Shown here: one piece after another, positions 18,190-28,140 of the stretch
How the letters are laid out: every line of letters begins with the position of its first letter
Position numbering within the stretch: position 1 is the first letter of the stretch
From: Candidatus Bipolaricaulota bacterium
GTDB taxonomy: Bacteria > Bipolaricaulota > Bipolaricaulia > UBA7950 > UBA9294
NCBI GenBank assembly: GCA_028277345.1
Contig: JANQGM010000008.1
Span: 23,573 to 87,572 of the forward strand
Length of the DNA stretch: 64,000 nucleotides
Reading direction: 5' to 3'
Translations under genes and position numbers: made by a program
Notes under the pieces: model-generated
Told to the model about the DNA's origin: nothing
The model's database searches: none
The model's input: the letters and a program-made list of their open reading frames with translations, nothing else

Positions 18190-19008
18190 ATGCTGATCAA
18201 ATCCGGAAAGCGTGACGGCTTGTTCTTCTTGTCGGGGCTTCTATCGCTGATCGTCTTGTCGGTTGCTTTGGCGGGAGTTCTTCAGCAGGGTCTCTATCAT
18301 CCAACGACTCCCGAGGAGTTCCTCCCCGGCGCGATGAGTCAGGATATCCTGTCAATCCTTGTTGCGATCAGTCTCCTCGCATGTTTGGTGTTGATCCGGC
18401 GTGGCCGGGAGTTGGCCTGGCTCGTTTGGGCGGGATTAGTTGGATATCTCATGTATGCTTATGGGATCTACAGTTTCGACGGAGTATACAATCCGCTCTT
18501 TCTCTTCTATGTAGCCGTCTTCGGGCTGTGCGTCTATTCGCTGATTGGGTTCTTTGCGCACGCTGACGTGCGCGCTGTGCAAGTGCGATCGACCGAGCAT
18601 GGGCCGCCCAGAATCGCAACGGCGATCCTATTCCTTTTGCTGACGGCCATGTTCCTCATCCTATGGATGGGGGTTCTCATTCCGGCCATGATCGCGAGAG
18701 ACGCGCCGCAGGGGAACGCGATCTTCGTGCAGGATTTGGCCATTTACCTCCCGTTGATGACGCTGGTTGCCGTTCTTCTCCTTCGGAAACGTCCGCTTGG
18801 TGATGCGCTTGCCGTTCCCCTGCTTGTGAAGGCAAGCACACTTGGGCTCTCGGTTCTGCTTGGGACCTTGTTGGCCCCGCTTTATGGCGACCCGTTCGAT
18901 CTGAGGTCCGTCGCGATCTACGCCGTCCTTGGTGTGGGGCCACTGTTGTTCATTCCTCCGTTTCTCTTTGCGCTCCACGTTGCACAAGCGAAGCGATCGA
19001 AAACGTAG
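18190..19008 (+). CDS. polytopic membrane protein, unknown function
   Basis: 272 aa with about 8 hydrophobic segments. Confidence 0.7.
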   Translation: MLIKSGKRDGLFFLSGLLSLIVLSVALAGVLQQGLYHPTTPEEFLPGAMSQDILSILVAISLLACLVLIRRGRELAWLVWAGLVGYLMYAYGIYSFDGVYNPLFLFYVAVFGLCVYSLIGFFAHADVRAVQVRSTEHGPPRIATAILFLLLTAMFLILWMGVLIPAMIARDAPQGNAIFVQDLAIYLPLMTLVAVLLLRKRPLGDALAVPLLVKASTLGLSVLLGTLLAPLYGDPFDLRSVAIYAVLGVGPLLFIPPFLFALHVAQAKRSKT

Positions 19009-19638
19009 TCAGCTTGGCACACCGCTTACAATGCCGATCATGAGCGCTCCGAAGTGAGAGGAACGTGTTTCAATGAGATTGAGGCGATGGCGATCGGCCA
19101 AGGCGTTCAATCCGCCGGTGGCCACGAAATCGATAAACCCAGCGTGGTGTTCGGCCCCGGCCGAGTATTCGATCAAGCGAATCAGTTGCCAGGCAGGGTG
19201 AAAAACCCTTCTTCGAGGCTGCTCAAACTCGGCAATGATGAGACCTCGGCGGCTGATCCGAACGGCTTCGGACAGCATCTGCCGACGCTCGACTTCCGGA
19301 TGCTCGTGCAACGCCAAGACGAGAGTTGCGGCATCGAAGCTGGCGTCCTCAAAGGGCAACTCTAGCGCCGAGCCCGGAACGTAATGCGTATAACGTCCGC
19401 CAGCAGAACGTGCGTGGGCGACCATGTCCTCGGAAAGGTCGAGGCCGGTGGCCTGTATCCCTGCGTCTCCCAGTGCACGGCATTGGGCGCCGGTTCCCGA
19501 TGCGATGTCGAGAACAGAGCGTGCGTTCAATTGAAGACAGGCTCGAACGACTTTTGGGCGAAGCGGTGCAATCAAGGGATCGATAAGGGTTCGATAGGAG
19601 CGAACGGCCCGAGTACCGTATCGATTGGGTTGGGACAT
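19009..19638 (-). CDS. class I SAM-dependent methyltransferase
   Basis: VLDIASGTGAQCRALGDAG...GLDLSEDMV (motif I and post-I). Confidence 0.85.
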   Translation of the reverse strand: MSQPNRYGTRAVRSYRTLIDPLIAPLRPKVVRACLQLNARSVLDIASGTGAQCRALGDAGIQATGLDLSEDMVAHARSAGGRYTHYVPGSALELPFEDASFDAATLVLALHEHPEVERRQMLSEAVRISRRGLIIAEFEQPRRRVFHPAWQLIRLIEYSAGAEHHAGFIDFVATGGLNALADRHRLNLIETRSSHFGALMIGIVSGVPS

Positions 19639-19958
19639 GGAAAGAGGATAGGCGAAACGGCTGAGTCGTCAACACACAGCGGAAAGGGCTGGCTTCATAC
19701 ATCAGGTTCTCGAAGGGCTTGCCGGCTTCAGCCCATTACCAGCGAGGGTTGGCAATGCTGGCATCGACACGATCGATGGCTTCCCGCCACGACTCGACAC
19801 TGTGCGTCCGATATCATCAAGCCCCGTGAACGCATCATCGAAAGCATCGCCGAGTGGGGCTGGTGACTTCGAGGAACTCGGTTCGTCTCTCTATGAATGG
19901 AGGGGGACCGTCTCCTGTAGATGATCGGTTCCTCTTCGTTAGGCGCGGGTTCGCTGTG

Positions 19959-20453
19959 CTAGGACGCCTTCTTCTCAAGCTTTCGACGCAGTGCCTGCTC
20001 GACGGAAGAAGGAACGAAGGTTGAGACGTCTCCGCCGTACATGCTGACTTCCTTGACGATTGACGAGGAGAGAAAGCTGTACTTCTTGGCTGTCATGAAG
20101 AAGACGGATTCAAATTCCGAGGCAAGGTCACGATTGGTGAGCGCCATCTGGAATTCATACTCGAAATCGGAGTTGGCGCGAAGCCCACGGACGATGGCGT
20201 TGGCGGCATGATCCCGCGCGCATTCGATCAGCAACCCATCGTAGCTGATCACCTCCAGTCCGTTGATTCCCGCTTCCGCCAACGCTGCTTTTGTGATGTC
20301 CACGCGCTCTTCTACGGTGAAGAGCGGACTCTTATGCGGATTGGCGACGACGGCGACATAGAGCTTGGAGAAGAGTTTGCGCGCGCGACGGACGATATCG
20401 ATATGTCCATTCGTAATGGGATCGAAACTGCCTGGATAGATTGCGGTAGCCAT
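19959..20453 (-). CDS. coaD: pantetheine-phosphate adenylyltransferase
   Basis: MATAIYPGSFDPITNGHIDIV... Start trimmed to the ATG at 20453. Confidence 0.9.
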   Translation of the reverse strand: MATAIYPGSFDPITNGHIDIVRRARKLFSKLYVAVVANPHKSPLFTVEERVDITKAALAEAGINGLEVISYDGLLIECARDHAANAIVRGLRANSDFEYEFQMALTNRDLASEFESVFFMTAKKYSFLSSSIVKEVSMYGGDVSTFVPSSVEQALRRKLEKKAS

Positions 20454-20521
20454 GATGGTCCCCATGGTACTGTCGGGGGTGACGTGGGGCAACGAAGGTC
20501 GCACTGAAGAGCACGCGATGC

Positions 20522-21778
20522 TTAGGCGGAGGGGCCGACGGTGGTGATCCGCAGTCGATCAAGGTTGAGATACGTGTCGAGCGTCTCATGGGCACTCGTA
20601 CTGGTCACGGCATCGAGTCGCTCCAGCAGCGTATCGGGAGAAAGAATGTCGCGTTCGTGCAGGGCGTTATTGGCCAGCCGCGATGCACGTCGACCGTTGG
20701 TTTCCAATCCCAGAATCATATGTCCGCGCAGTTTCGCTTTAGCGAGTTCCACGTCTTGGCTAGGAAGGGGTTCGGACAGGATGCGCCGGAACTCCGTTTC
20801 GATAAGGTCGATGACTTGGTCGGTGTTCGCGGGCGCCACACCGGCATAGGTAAGCCAAACGCCACCATCGGAGAAGCTGTTGATGTAGCTGGAAACCGCG
20901 TAGGCGAGGCCGCGGGTCTCCCGGATGGAGACAAAAAGCCGCGAGCTTGTTCCATCTCCGAGAATGGAGTTCACGACTTCCAGGGGGATGCGATCATCGT
21001 GCGAGGCGATTGGCGCATCGGTTCCGATGTAGATATGAGACATTCCAGTCGCCTGATGATGGTGTGTGCGACCCGTGCAAAACACGGGAGCTTCTCTTCG
21101 TGCTGGGGGAAGGGGTTCTGCGACATCCCCTGAGAAGTACGATTCAGCGAGTTGAATGGCCTGATCAGCCGACACGGAGCCGCAGACGGCGAGAATCATG
21201 TTCGACGGCTGATAGTAGGCACGATGAAAGGTGCGAGCGACTTCAGGCGACGCCGACTGAATGCCCTCCCGAGTGCCAACGACGGATCGCGCGAAGGGAT
21301 GTCGGTCGGCCCAAGTGTCCTGACTGAAGAGATCGTAGGCCGTCTGTTCCGGATCGTCCTCGTGGGCGCGTATCTCTTCCAAGATGACACCGCGTTCCAA
21401 GTTGAAATCTTCCGGATCGAGCTTGGGGTTCAGCGTGAGATCGGCGAGAACGTCAAGAGCCGTAGGGAGACCATCCGCCGGGGCATCAACGTAATAGAAC
21501 GTCGATTCCTTGGCTGTCGCGGCATTGATGTGTCCGCCGATGGCGTCGATCTCGTGTGAGATGGCCTGAGCATCACGGGATGCCGAGCCCTTGAATGTGA
21601 GATGTTCAAGGAAATGAGCGAGCCCGGGATGATCATCCGGATCGTCACGGCCGCCAACGCGGACCCACACGCCGGCGGAAACAGAACGGGACTGCGGAAC
21701 CTCTTCGATGAGGATCCGCAGTCCGTTATCCAATGTCGCCTCGAAGGCGTTCTCGTACAACGTGTGAAGCTGCGTCAC
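20522..21778 (-). CDS. M16-family zinc peptidase (pitrilysin-like)
   Basis: HxxEH motif in GLAHFLEHLTFKG. GTG 21778 lies 10 nt after GGAG. The track's 592-aa version runs into pnp and was trimmed. Confidence 0.85.
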   Translation of the reverse strand: MTQLHTLYENAFEATLDNGLRILIEEVPQSRSVSAGVWVRVGGRDDPDDHPGLAHFLEHLTFKGSASRDAQAISHEIDAIGGHINAATAKESTFYYVDAPADGLPTALDVLADLTLNPKLDPEDFNLERGVILEEIRAHEDDPEQTAYDLFSQDTWADRHPFARSVVGTREGIQSASPEVARTFHRAYYQPSNMILAVCGSVSADQAIQLAESYFSGDVAEPLPPARREAPVFCTGRTHHHQATGMSHIYIGTDAPIASHDDRIPLEVVNSILGDGTSSRLFVSIRETRGLAYAVSSYINSFSDGGVWLTYAGVAPANTDQVIDLIETEFRRILSEPLPSQDVELAKAKLRGHMILGLETNGRRASRLANNALHERDILSPDTLLERLDAVTSTSAHETLDTYLNLDRLRITTVGPSA

Positions 21779-21791
21779 GTCGTGCTCGCTC

Positions 21792-24395
21792 CTACCAACG
21801 ATCCTCGAACTCAGCGGGTTCGTCCTCACGAACCGGAGCCGGTTCTTCTTGAGCGGGCGCCGTCTGGGGTTCTGCGATCGGTTGAGCCTCTTCTGGCTGT
21901 GCCGCCGCAGGCTGAGGCTCGGGTTGTGACTCAGGCTCCGATCCAACCGCAGCGTCCTCTGCCGAGATCTCCTCGACCGGTTTCTTCTCGGAATCGGGCA
22001 CGATTCGCTGAAGCTTGTAACGTCCGCGATCATCGATGTTGAGAACCTCGACCTTGATCGGATCTCCAGGCTTGACGACATCCGTGACACGGCGGACGTA
22101 TTCGTCCGACAGCGCGGAGATGTGGACCAATCCCGTGACATCGGGGGCGATCTCAACAAACGCGCCGTAGTCGGTGGTATTCGTGACATGGCCGTCGATG
22201 ATGTCACCGACCTTGACCTCCACCTTGGGAGCGGGCTTGGTTTCAGCGGCGGGTTCGCCCTCTCCGCCCTTGTCCTGGCGAGGTTTCTTCGGAGCGGCAT
22301 CGCCGTCGATCTTCTTCAGATCCGGTCGCCCCATCTTGTCGACGCCGATGACTTCGATCGTGATTTCGTCGCCAGGGCTGACAATGTCCTTGACGTTGTC
22401 GACGTAGCCCGAGGCGAGGTTCGAGACATGGACGAGACCTTCCGAGCCGTTCTTCAAGGCCACGAAGGCCCCGAAGTCGACAATGCGGGTGACCTTGACC
22501 TGCATGACCGTGCCGATCTCAAGCTCGCTGGTCAGATCTTCGATCCATTCCTGAGCGGCATACACGGCTTCGGAATTCGGACCGGCGATCTTGACGGTCC
22601 CATCGTCGGAGATGTCGATTTCAGCGCCGGTCTCTTCGATGATCTGCCGAATCATCTTCCCGCCAGGACCGATGACGGCGCCAATCTTCTCCGTCGGAAT
22701 CTCAATCGTTGCCAGCTTCGGAGCATAGGGGGACAGCTCGGCTCGCGGTTCGCTGATGGCGCGGTCCATCTCATCAAGGATGGCCATGCGGGCACGCTTG
22801 GCCTGCTCAAGCGCCGTCTTCATCGTGGCGCCATTGATGCCGCCGACCTTGACATCCAGCTGGAATCCGGTGACGCCTGCGCGCGTGCCGACGACCTTGA
22901 AATCCATGTCGCCATAGTGATCTTCGGCGCCTTGGATGTCAGTCAGAATCACGCGTTGCTGGGTCACGGGGTCTTCGATCAATCCCATGGCAATTCCGGC
23001 GACCGGACGCTTGAGAGGGACGCCGGCATCCATCATGGCCAGGGAAGCGCTGCAAACCGTGGCCATGGAGGACGAGCCGTTCGACTCCAGAATCTCCGAA
23101 ACGGTGCGGACAACGTACGGGAAATCTTCCTCGGACGGCATGGCGGCCTTGAGCGAGTTCTCAGCCAAGTAGCCGTGCCCCACCGAGCGGCGGGAAGGCG
23201 AGCCGATACGTCCGACTTCGCCAACGGAAAACGGCGGGAAGTTGTAATGTAGCATGAAACGCTTGCGGCCGTCATACATCATCTGATCGATGATCTGCTC
23301 GTCGCCGCGTGTGGCGCCAAGCGTGACGATGCCCAAGCTCTGAGTTTCCCCGCGGGTGAACAACGAGGAGCCGTGCGCGCGCGGCAAGACGCCGACGGCG
23401 CAGTTAATGGGGCGGATCTCTTCGGGACGGCGCCCGTCGAGTCGAATGCCTCGCTCAAGAATCTGCTGCCGCATGTACTCCTTGAGGAGCGTTTCTTGCG
23501 CCTTGGCAATCGCGCCTTTGCGTTCCGTAACTTCGTCTTCCGACAAGTGATCGGGAATGAGCCGTTCGTAGAGCTGGTCGCGGAGTTCGCTGAGGAACTC
23601 GCCGCGCGACTGCTTGGTCGGCAGCGAGTGAATGCCGGAGAACGGCGTCCAGACCAAATCTCGAACTTGATCTAGAAGCGCGGTGTCTTCGGGCGCTTGC
23701 TCCGGGACCTCCTTCTTGACCGCGTTGATCCGTGAAGCAAAGGCTTCCTGCAGGCCGATGAGCTGGCGAATGGCGGCATGCGCCAGTTCGATGGCTTCAA
23801 CGACCTCATCCTCGGACAACTCATCCATCATCCCCTCGATCATCGTGACCGTATCCTTCGTCCCGGCCACGGTGATTTCGACACCGCAGGACTCTTGCGT
23901 TTCCAGATCCGGATTGATCACGAACCGTCCATCGACACGCCCCACGCGCACGCCGGCGATGGGGCCCTGGAATGGGGCATCGGAGATCATGAGCGCCGCT
24001 GAGGCGCCGAGAATGCCGAGGACGTTCGGCGGGCAATCGGGCTCTGCGGATAGAACGGTGGCGACGATCTGAACTTCGTCGTTGTATCCCTTCGGGAAGA
24101 GCGGTCGGATCGGCCGGTCGATCATACGGCCGGTCAAGATGGCGGCGTCGCTGGGACGCCCCTCGCGCTTGAAGAAGCCGCCCGGAATCTTGCCTGCGGC
24201 GTAGAAGCGCTCTTCGTAGTCCACGCGTAGCGGGAAATAACCGATGTCTTGTCGGGGTTCTGCGGTCACTACGGTGACGAGTACGTGCGAATCACCGTGA
24301 GCGACCAGTACGGCTCCACCTGCTTGTCGTGCAATTTGTCCAGTTTCTAGTGTGAGTTCTTTGCCATTAAAGTCAATGCTTTCTCGAATGTACAT
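21792..24395 (-). CDS. pnp: polyribonucleotide nucleotidyltransferase (PNPase) with an extra S1 domain and an acidic tail
   Basis: Two RNase-PH cores, KH (IGAVIGPGGKMIRQI) and S1 domains. ATG 24395 follows GAGGAG just downstream of rpsO. Confidence 0.95.
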   Translation of the reverse strand: MYIRESIDFNGKELTLETGQIARQAGGAVLVAHGDSHVLVTVVTAEPRQDIGYFPLRVDYEERFYAAGKIPGGFFKREGRPSDAAILTGRMIDRPIRPLFPKGYNDEVQIVATVLSAEPDCPPNVLGILGASAALMISDAPFQGPIAGVRVGRVDGRFVINPDLETQESCGVEITVAGTKDTVTMIEGMMDELSEDEVVEAIELAHAAIRQLIGLQEAFASRINAVKKEVPEQAPEDTALLDQVRDLVWTPFSGIHSLPTKQSRGEFLSELRDQLYERLIPDHLSEDEVTERKGAIAKAQETLLKEYMRQQILERGIRLDGRRPEEIRPINCAVGVLPRAHGSSLFTRGETQSLGIVTLGATRGDEQIIDQMMYDGRKRFMLHYNFPPFSVGEVGRIGSPSRRSVGHGYLAENSLKAAMPSEEDFPYVVRTVSEILESNGSSSMATVCSASLAMMDAGVPLKRPVAGIAMGLIEDPVTQQRVILTDIQGAEDHYGDMDFKVVGTRAGVTGFQLDVKVGGINGATMKTALEQAKRARMAILDEMDRAISEPRAELSPYAPKLATIEIPTEKIGAVIGPGGKMIRQIIEETGAEIDISDDGTVKIAGPNSEAVYAAQEWIEDLTSELEIGTVMQVKVTRIVDFGAFVALKNGSEGLVHVSNLASGYVDNVKDIVSPGDEITIEVIGVDKMGRPDLKKIDGDAAPKKPRQDKGGEGEPAAETKPAPKVEVKVGDIIDGHVTNTTDYGAFVEIAPDVTGLVHISALSDEYVRRVTDVVKPGDPIKVEVLNIDDRGRYKLQRIVPDSEKKPVEEISAEDAAVGSEPESQPEPQPAAAQPEEAQPIAEPQTAPAQEEPAPVREDEPAEFEDRW

Positions 24396-24402
24396 GTAGT
24401 GT

Positions 24403-24675
24403 CTAGACTCCTCTGATACCCAGCCGTTCAAGTAGTTGACGGTAGGTTGCCAAATCATGGCGTTTGACATATTTGAGCAAACGTCGGCGTTGGCCGACCA
24501 TTTTGCGCAGGCCGCGCTGCGCGCTGAAATCCTTTTTGTGTTGGTTCAAGTGTTCCGTCAGTTCCGTAATGCGCGTTGTCAGCAATGCAATTTGGACTTC
24601 TGCTGATCCCGTGTCCTGGTCACCTTTTCCGAATTCCTTGACGATCTCCGCTTTGCGTTCCGGGTTGAGTCCCAT
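24403..24675 (-). CDS. rpsO: 30S ribosomal protein S15
   Basis: 90 aa. [37 protein letters not shown]. Confidence 0.95.
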   Translation of the reverse strand: MGLNPERKAEIVKEFGKGDQDTGSAEVQIALLTTRITELTEHLNQHKKDFSAQRGLRKMVGQRRRLLKYVKRHDLATYRQLLERLGIRGV

Positions 24676-24737
24676 GGTGTTCTCCTTTTCACCCGCGTCC
24701 GAGGAAGGGAATGCTCCGCTTCCCCAGATGGGGTTAC

Positions 24738-26009
24738 CTAGTCTTTGATCCTGTGAAGCAGGCGTTGTACTTCCGATTTTACCCGTTCTTCATCAATCGT
24801 GAGTAATTCTCCATTCTTTAGGAGTGGTTTTCCATCAACATAGACATCTGTCACATCCCCGGCTTGAGAGGCATAGGCGAGCATGGCGGCGGAACGATGC
24901 TGCGGCGTCGTGTGCAGGCCAGTGGTATCGAAGAAGACGAGATCGGCGGGCGCGCCGTCGGAAAGTCCGTCTTCCGGCAATCCGAAAACCACCCTGCCGC
25001 CGTCGACCGCCATGGAGATGCAGGCGTCGGATGAGATCAGCGAGGCATCTTCATGGTGGGCGCGCTGGAGAAGCCAGGCGGCACGTGCTTCTTCCAAGAG
25101 ATCGAGGCGGTTGTTGGAGGCCGCGCCGTCCGTCCCCAATGCGACACGAGCTCCCGCGTTTTGCAGTTGAGGAATCGGAGCGATTCCGCTTCCGAGCTTC
25201 GCATTGCTCTTCGGGCAATGGGCAACGGTGACGTTCCGCTCTGCAAGAATGGCGATATCGTCGTCCGAGACATGGACGCAATGTGCGGCGACGGCGGGGA
25301 CGGAGAAGGCCTGGAGCGACTCGAGATAGGAGACCGGTGTTTTTCCTGTCTGAGCCTTCCAGTTCTCGACCTCGGATCGCGTTTCCGAGACATGAATGTG
25401 CAGGGGAACGCTATAGGAATGCGTGAGTTCCACGGCCCCACGAATGACATCCTCCCCGCAGGTGTAGACGGCATGAGGTGCGACGGCGACGTGGATGCGT
25501 CCGTTCGCGCTTTCGTGCCATCGCTCAATGGCGGCTGCCGTTATATCAAGTTCTGAGCGGCCGCGGTCTGCAAGCGATGGCGCGATCATGCCATACGACA
25601 ATAGAGCGCGAACCCCGGATTCTTCAACGGCACGAGCGATTTCATCGAGATGGAAGTACATATCGACGAACGCGGTTGTGCCCGATCGGATCCCCTCAGC
25701 GATACCCAGCAGCGTGCACCAATAGACGTCCTCGGGTGTGAGCCGGCCCTCAAGCGGCCAGATAGTCTCGTTCAGCCAAACGCTCAACGGGACGTCATCG
25801 GCAAGGCCTCGAAAGGCCGCCATGGCCAGGTGGGTGTGGGTATTGATAAAGCCGGGAATCACGAGTTTGCCCGCGCCGTCGATGTCTTCGAACGCGACTG
25901 AGGAAGGGCCGTGTGGATCCTCCTGGGCCAGTCGTCCGTCACGAATCGCGAGCGACGCCGGCGACAGTGAATCGTTCAGAAGTCGAATGTTGTGAAACCG
26001 TGTATTCAT
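24738..26009 (-). CDS. mtaD: amidohydrolase, 5-methylthioadenosine/S-adenosylhomocysteine deaminase-like
   Basis: [26 protein letters not shown] and GTDGAASNN. The start could also be the TTG at 26021. Confidence 0.8.
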   Translation of the reverse strand: MNTRFHNIRLLNDSLSPASLAIRDGRLAQEDPHGPSSVAFEDIDGAGKLVIPGFINTHTHLAMAAFRGLADDVPLSVWLNETIWPLEGRLTPEDVYWCTLLGIAEGIRSGTTAFVDMYFHLDEIARAVEESGVRALLSYGMIAPSLADRGRSELDITAAAIERWHESANGRIHVAVAPHAVYTCGEDVIRGAVELTHSYSVPLHIHVSETRSEVENWKAQTGKTPVSYLESLQAFSVPAVAAHCVHVSDDDIAILAERNVTVAHCPKSNAKLGSGIAPIPQLQNAGARVALGTDGAASNNRLDLLEEARAAWLLQRAHHEDASLISSDACISMAVDGGRVVFGLPEDGLSDGAPADLVFFDTTGLHTTPQHRSAAMLAYASQAGDVTDVYVDGKPLLKNGELLTIDEERVKSEVQRLLHRIKD

Positions 26010-26133
26010 GAAGACGTCCAATGCTGGAATGGGACAAGTATATCTCGGTCATGGGAGGGACTCAACGTGAGCGCCTGTGTTGATAGATTATCGAGATACA
26101 AGCTATGATAGGATAAAACAGGGAGTGATGGGG

Positions 26134-26475
26134 ATGGCGATGGATGGTCCTCGTTCGGAGGATCGTGCGTGTGACTATCTACGGGCACAGGGTTATCGGC
26201 TTCTCGCCCGCAACTGGCGCGTATCACGAGGAGAAATCGACATTATCGCACGGGAGGGTGAAACGCTCGTCTTTGTCGAAGTCAAGGCACGCTCGGGGAA
26301 GGGGTTCGGTGGACCTGAGGCGGCCGTTCATCCAGCCAAACAACGGCGGCTGATTGAGGCGGCGCGTGCTTTTATCGCCGAGACCGCATGCGAGTTGCCG
26401 ATGCGGTTCGACGTCGTTGCCGTTGAGGGCGATTCGATTCGCCTCCACCAGGATGCGTTTCAGGTGGAAGCCTGA
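26134..26475 (+). CDS. yraN: YraN-family (UPF0102) endonuclease-like protein
   Basis: EDRACDYLRAQGYRLLARNWR..GEIDIIA..LVFVEVKAR. Start chosen 8 nt after GGGAG (the track start is 26077). Confidence 0.8.
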   Translation: MAMDGPRSEDRACDYLRAQGYRLLARNWRVSRGEIDIIAREGETLVFVEVKARSGKGFGGPEAAVHPAKQRRLIEAARAFIAETACELPMRFDVVAVEGDSIRLHQDAFQVEA

Positions 26476-28013
26476 TGTTCTCCATGCTCCACAGCGGCGT
26501 GGTGCATGGGGTCGATGCCCGCCTCATCGAGATTCAGTGCGATGTCTCGGGTGGGTTGCCAACTTTCAATCTCGTCGGGTTGCCTGAGAAGGAAGTCTCG
26601 GAGAGTCGCGAACGCATCCGAAGCGCCATCAAGAACTCCGGCTTCAACTTCCCTGCAGGCCGGATTACCGCCAACCTCGCGCCCGCCGACCTTCGCAAAG
26701 AGGGGGTTGGCTTCGATCTTCCGATTGCCATTGGCATTCTGTTGGCGACCGAACAGGTTCCGCGTTCCGAGAAGCGCTACCTCTTGCTGGGGGAACTGGC
26801 GCTCAATGGCGAAGTACGCCGCGTCCGAGGCGTGCTTCCCATTGCCATGGAATGCGGCGATCAGGTTGATGGGCTGATTGTACCGGCCGACAACGCACAG
26901 GAGGCGGGGATTGCGACCCAAAAGCCGGTGTATCCGGTTCGCACACTGGCCGAGGCGAGGCAATTTCTGTCCGGCGAGATCGAGATCGATCCTGTCTCTA
27001 TCGATAGAAAGGCATTGGATGTGGAACGGTCTCCGGATTTCCGACACGAACTCGCGGCGGTTCGAGGACAGCTTCAAGCGAAGCGAGGCGTCGAAATTGC
27101 CGCTGCCGGCGGGCACAACCTCCTTATGGTGGGACCGCCGGGCTCGGGAAAGAGCCTCTTGGCGCGGTGTATGCCTGAACTCCTGCCTCCGCTGTCGTTT
27201 GACGAAGCGCTTGAAGTCACCCGGATTTATAGCACGACGGGACTTCTCGAGCGTGGTGAGTTCCTCGTATGGCGGCGTCCGTTCCGAGCGCCTCATCACA
27301 CGATCTCGTATGCGGGGATGGTGGGGGGCGGACACGGGATACCCGGCCCAGGTGAAATCAGCCTCGCCCATCACGGGGTTCTTTTTCTTGACGAATTGCC
27401 GGAATTCGATCGCAATGTTCTGGAGACGCTGAGACAGCCGTTGGAAGACCGATCCATCCTCATCTCGCGCGCCGGGGTATCGGTGCGCTTCCCGGCAGCC
27501 TTTACGTTGGTTGCCGCCATGAATCCCTGTCCATGCGGGTTTCTCGGTGATCCGGTTCAAGCGTGCACCTGTTCGATGAATGAGATCCATCGATACCGAA
27601 AGCGTTTGTCCGGACCGTTTCTCGACCGCATCGATCTCTGTGTCGAAGTTCCGCGTGTCCCTGAGGAAGACCTGTTCGGCGCCCGAACGTCGGAGACCTC
27701 GCGCGATGTTCACCATCGGGTGGTGCGTGCACGGGAGGCTCAATGGCGCCGCCTCGGTACGGCTGTCGATTGCCATTCCAATGGGCAGTTGGATGGCGAT
27801 CGGCTTGAGGCGTTCTGCCGAGCGAGTGAGACCGGTCAACAATTGCTTCGCCGGGCGATGTCTCGATTCGCCTTGAGCGCGCGTTCGATCACGCGCATTC
27901 GCCGTGTCGCTCGGACGGTGGCAGATCTTGAGGGAGCCGAGTGCATCGAAGCCGAGCATATCGCCGAGGCGATTCAACTTCGAACGGCGGGGAATGCAAT
28001 GACGGGCTTCTGA
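26475..28013 (+). CDS. comM: YifB/ComM-family Mg-chelatase-like AAA+ ATPase
   Basis: N-terminal Lon-like domain, Walker A LLMVGPPGSGKS, GVLFLDELPEF. Confidence 0.9.
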   Translation: MFSMLHSGVVHGVDARLIEIQCDVSGGLPTFNLVGLPEKEVSESRERIRSAIKNSGFNFPAGRITANLAPADLRKEGVGFDLPIAIGILLATEQVPRSEKRYLLLGELALNGEVRRVRGVLPIAMECGDQVDGLIVPADNAQEAGIATQKPVYPVRTLAEARQFLSGEIEIDPVSIDRKALDVERSPDFRHELAAVRGQLQAKRGVEIAAAGGHNLLMVGPPGSGKSLLARCMPELLPPLSFDEALEVTRIYSTTGLLERGEFLVWRRPFRAPHHTISYAGMVGGGHGIPGPGEISLAHHGVLFLDELPEFDRNVLETLRQPLEDRSILISRAGVSVRFPAAFTLVAAMNPCPCGFLGDPVQACTCSMNEIHRYRKRLSGPFLDRIDLCVEVPRVPEEDLFGARTSETSRDVHHRVVRAREAQWRRLGTAVDCHSNGQLDGDRLEAFCRASETGQQLLRRAMSRFALSARSITRIRRVARTVADLEGAECIEAEHIAEAIQLRTAGNAMTGF

Positions 28014-28140
28014 TTCCTGCCCCAGGTTATTCACGAAAACCCCACACAGGATCGATATGGTCTGGGCATTCTTGACGCCGATACCCGAACATGGACAATG
28101 TCTGGGTTGTTTTATGTTGGAGGGCAGAGGAGGCCTGGGT

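Noticed and set aside
21779-22300. N-terminal 174 aa of the track's 592-aa version of the M16 peptidase
   Set aside because: This part overlaps the 3' end of pnp and is Arg/Ser-rich nonsense. The conserved peptidase sequence begins right after GTG 21778, which has its own SD.
22122-23252. 376-aa plus-strand ORF inside pnp
   Set aside because: It is antisense to an unmistakable PNPase. Its composition is typical of GC-rich shadow frames.
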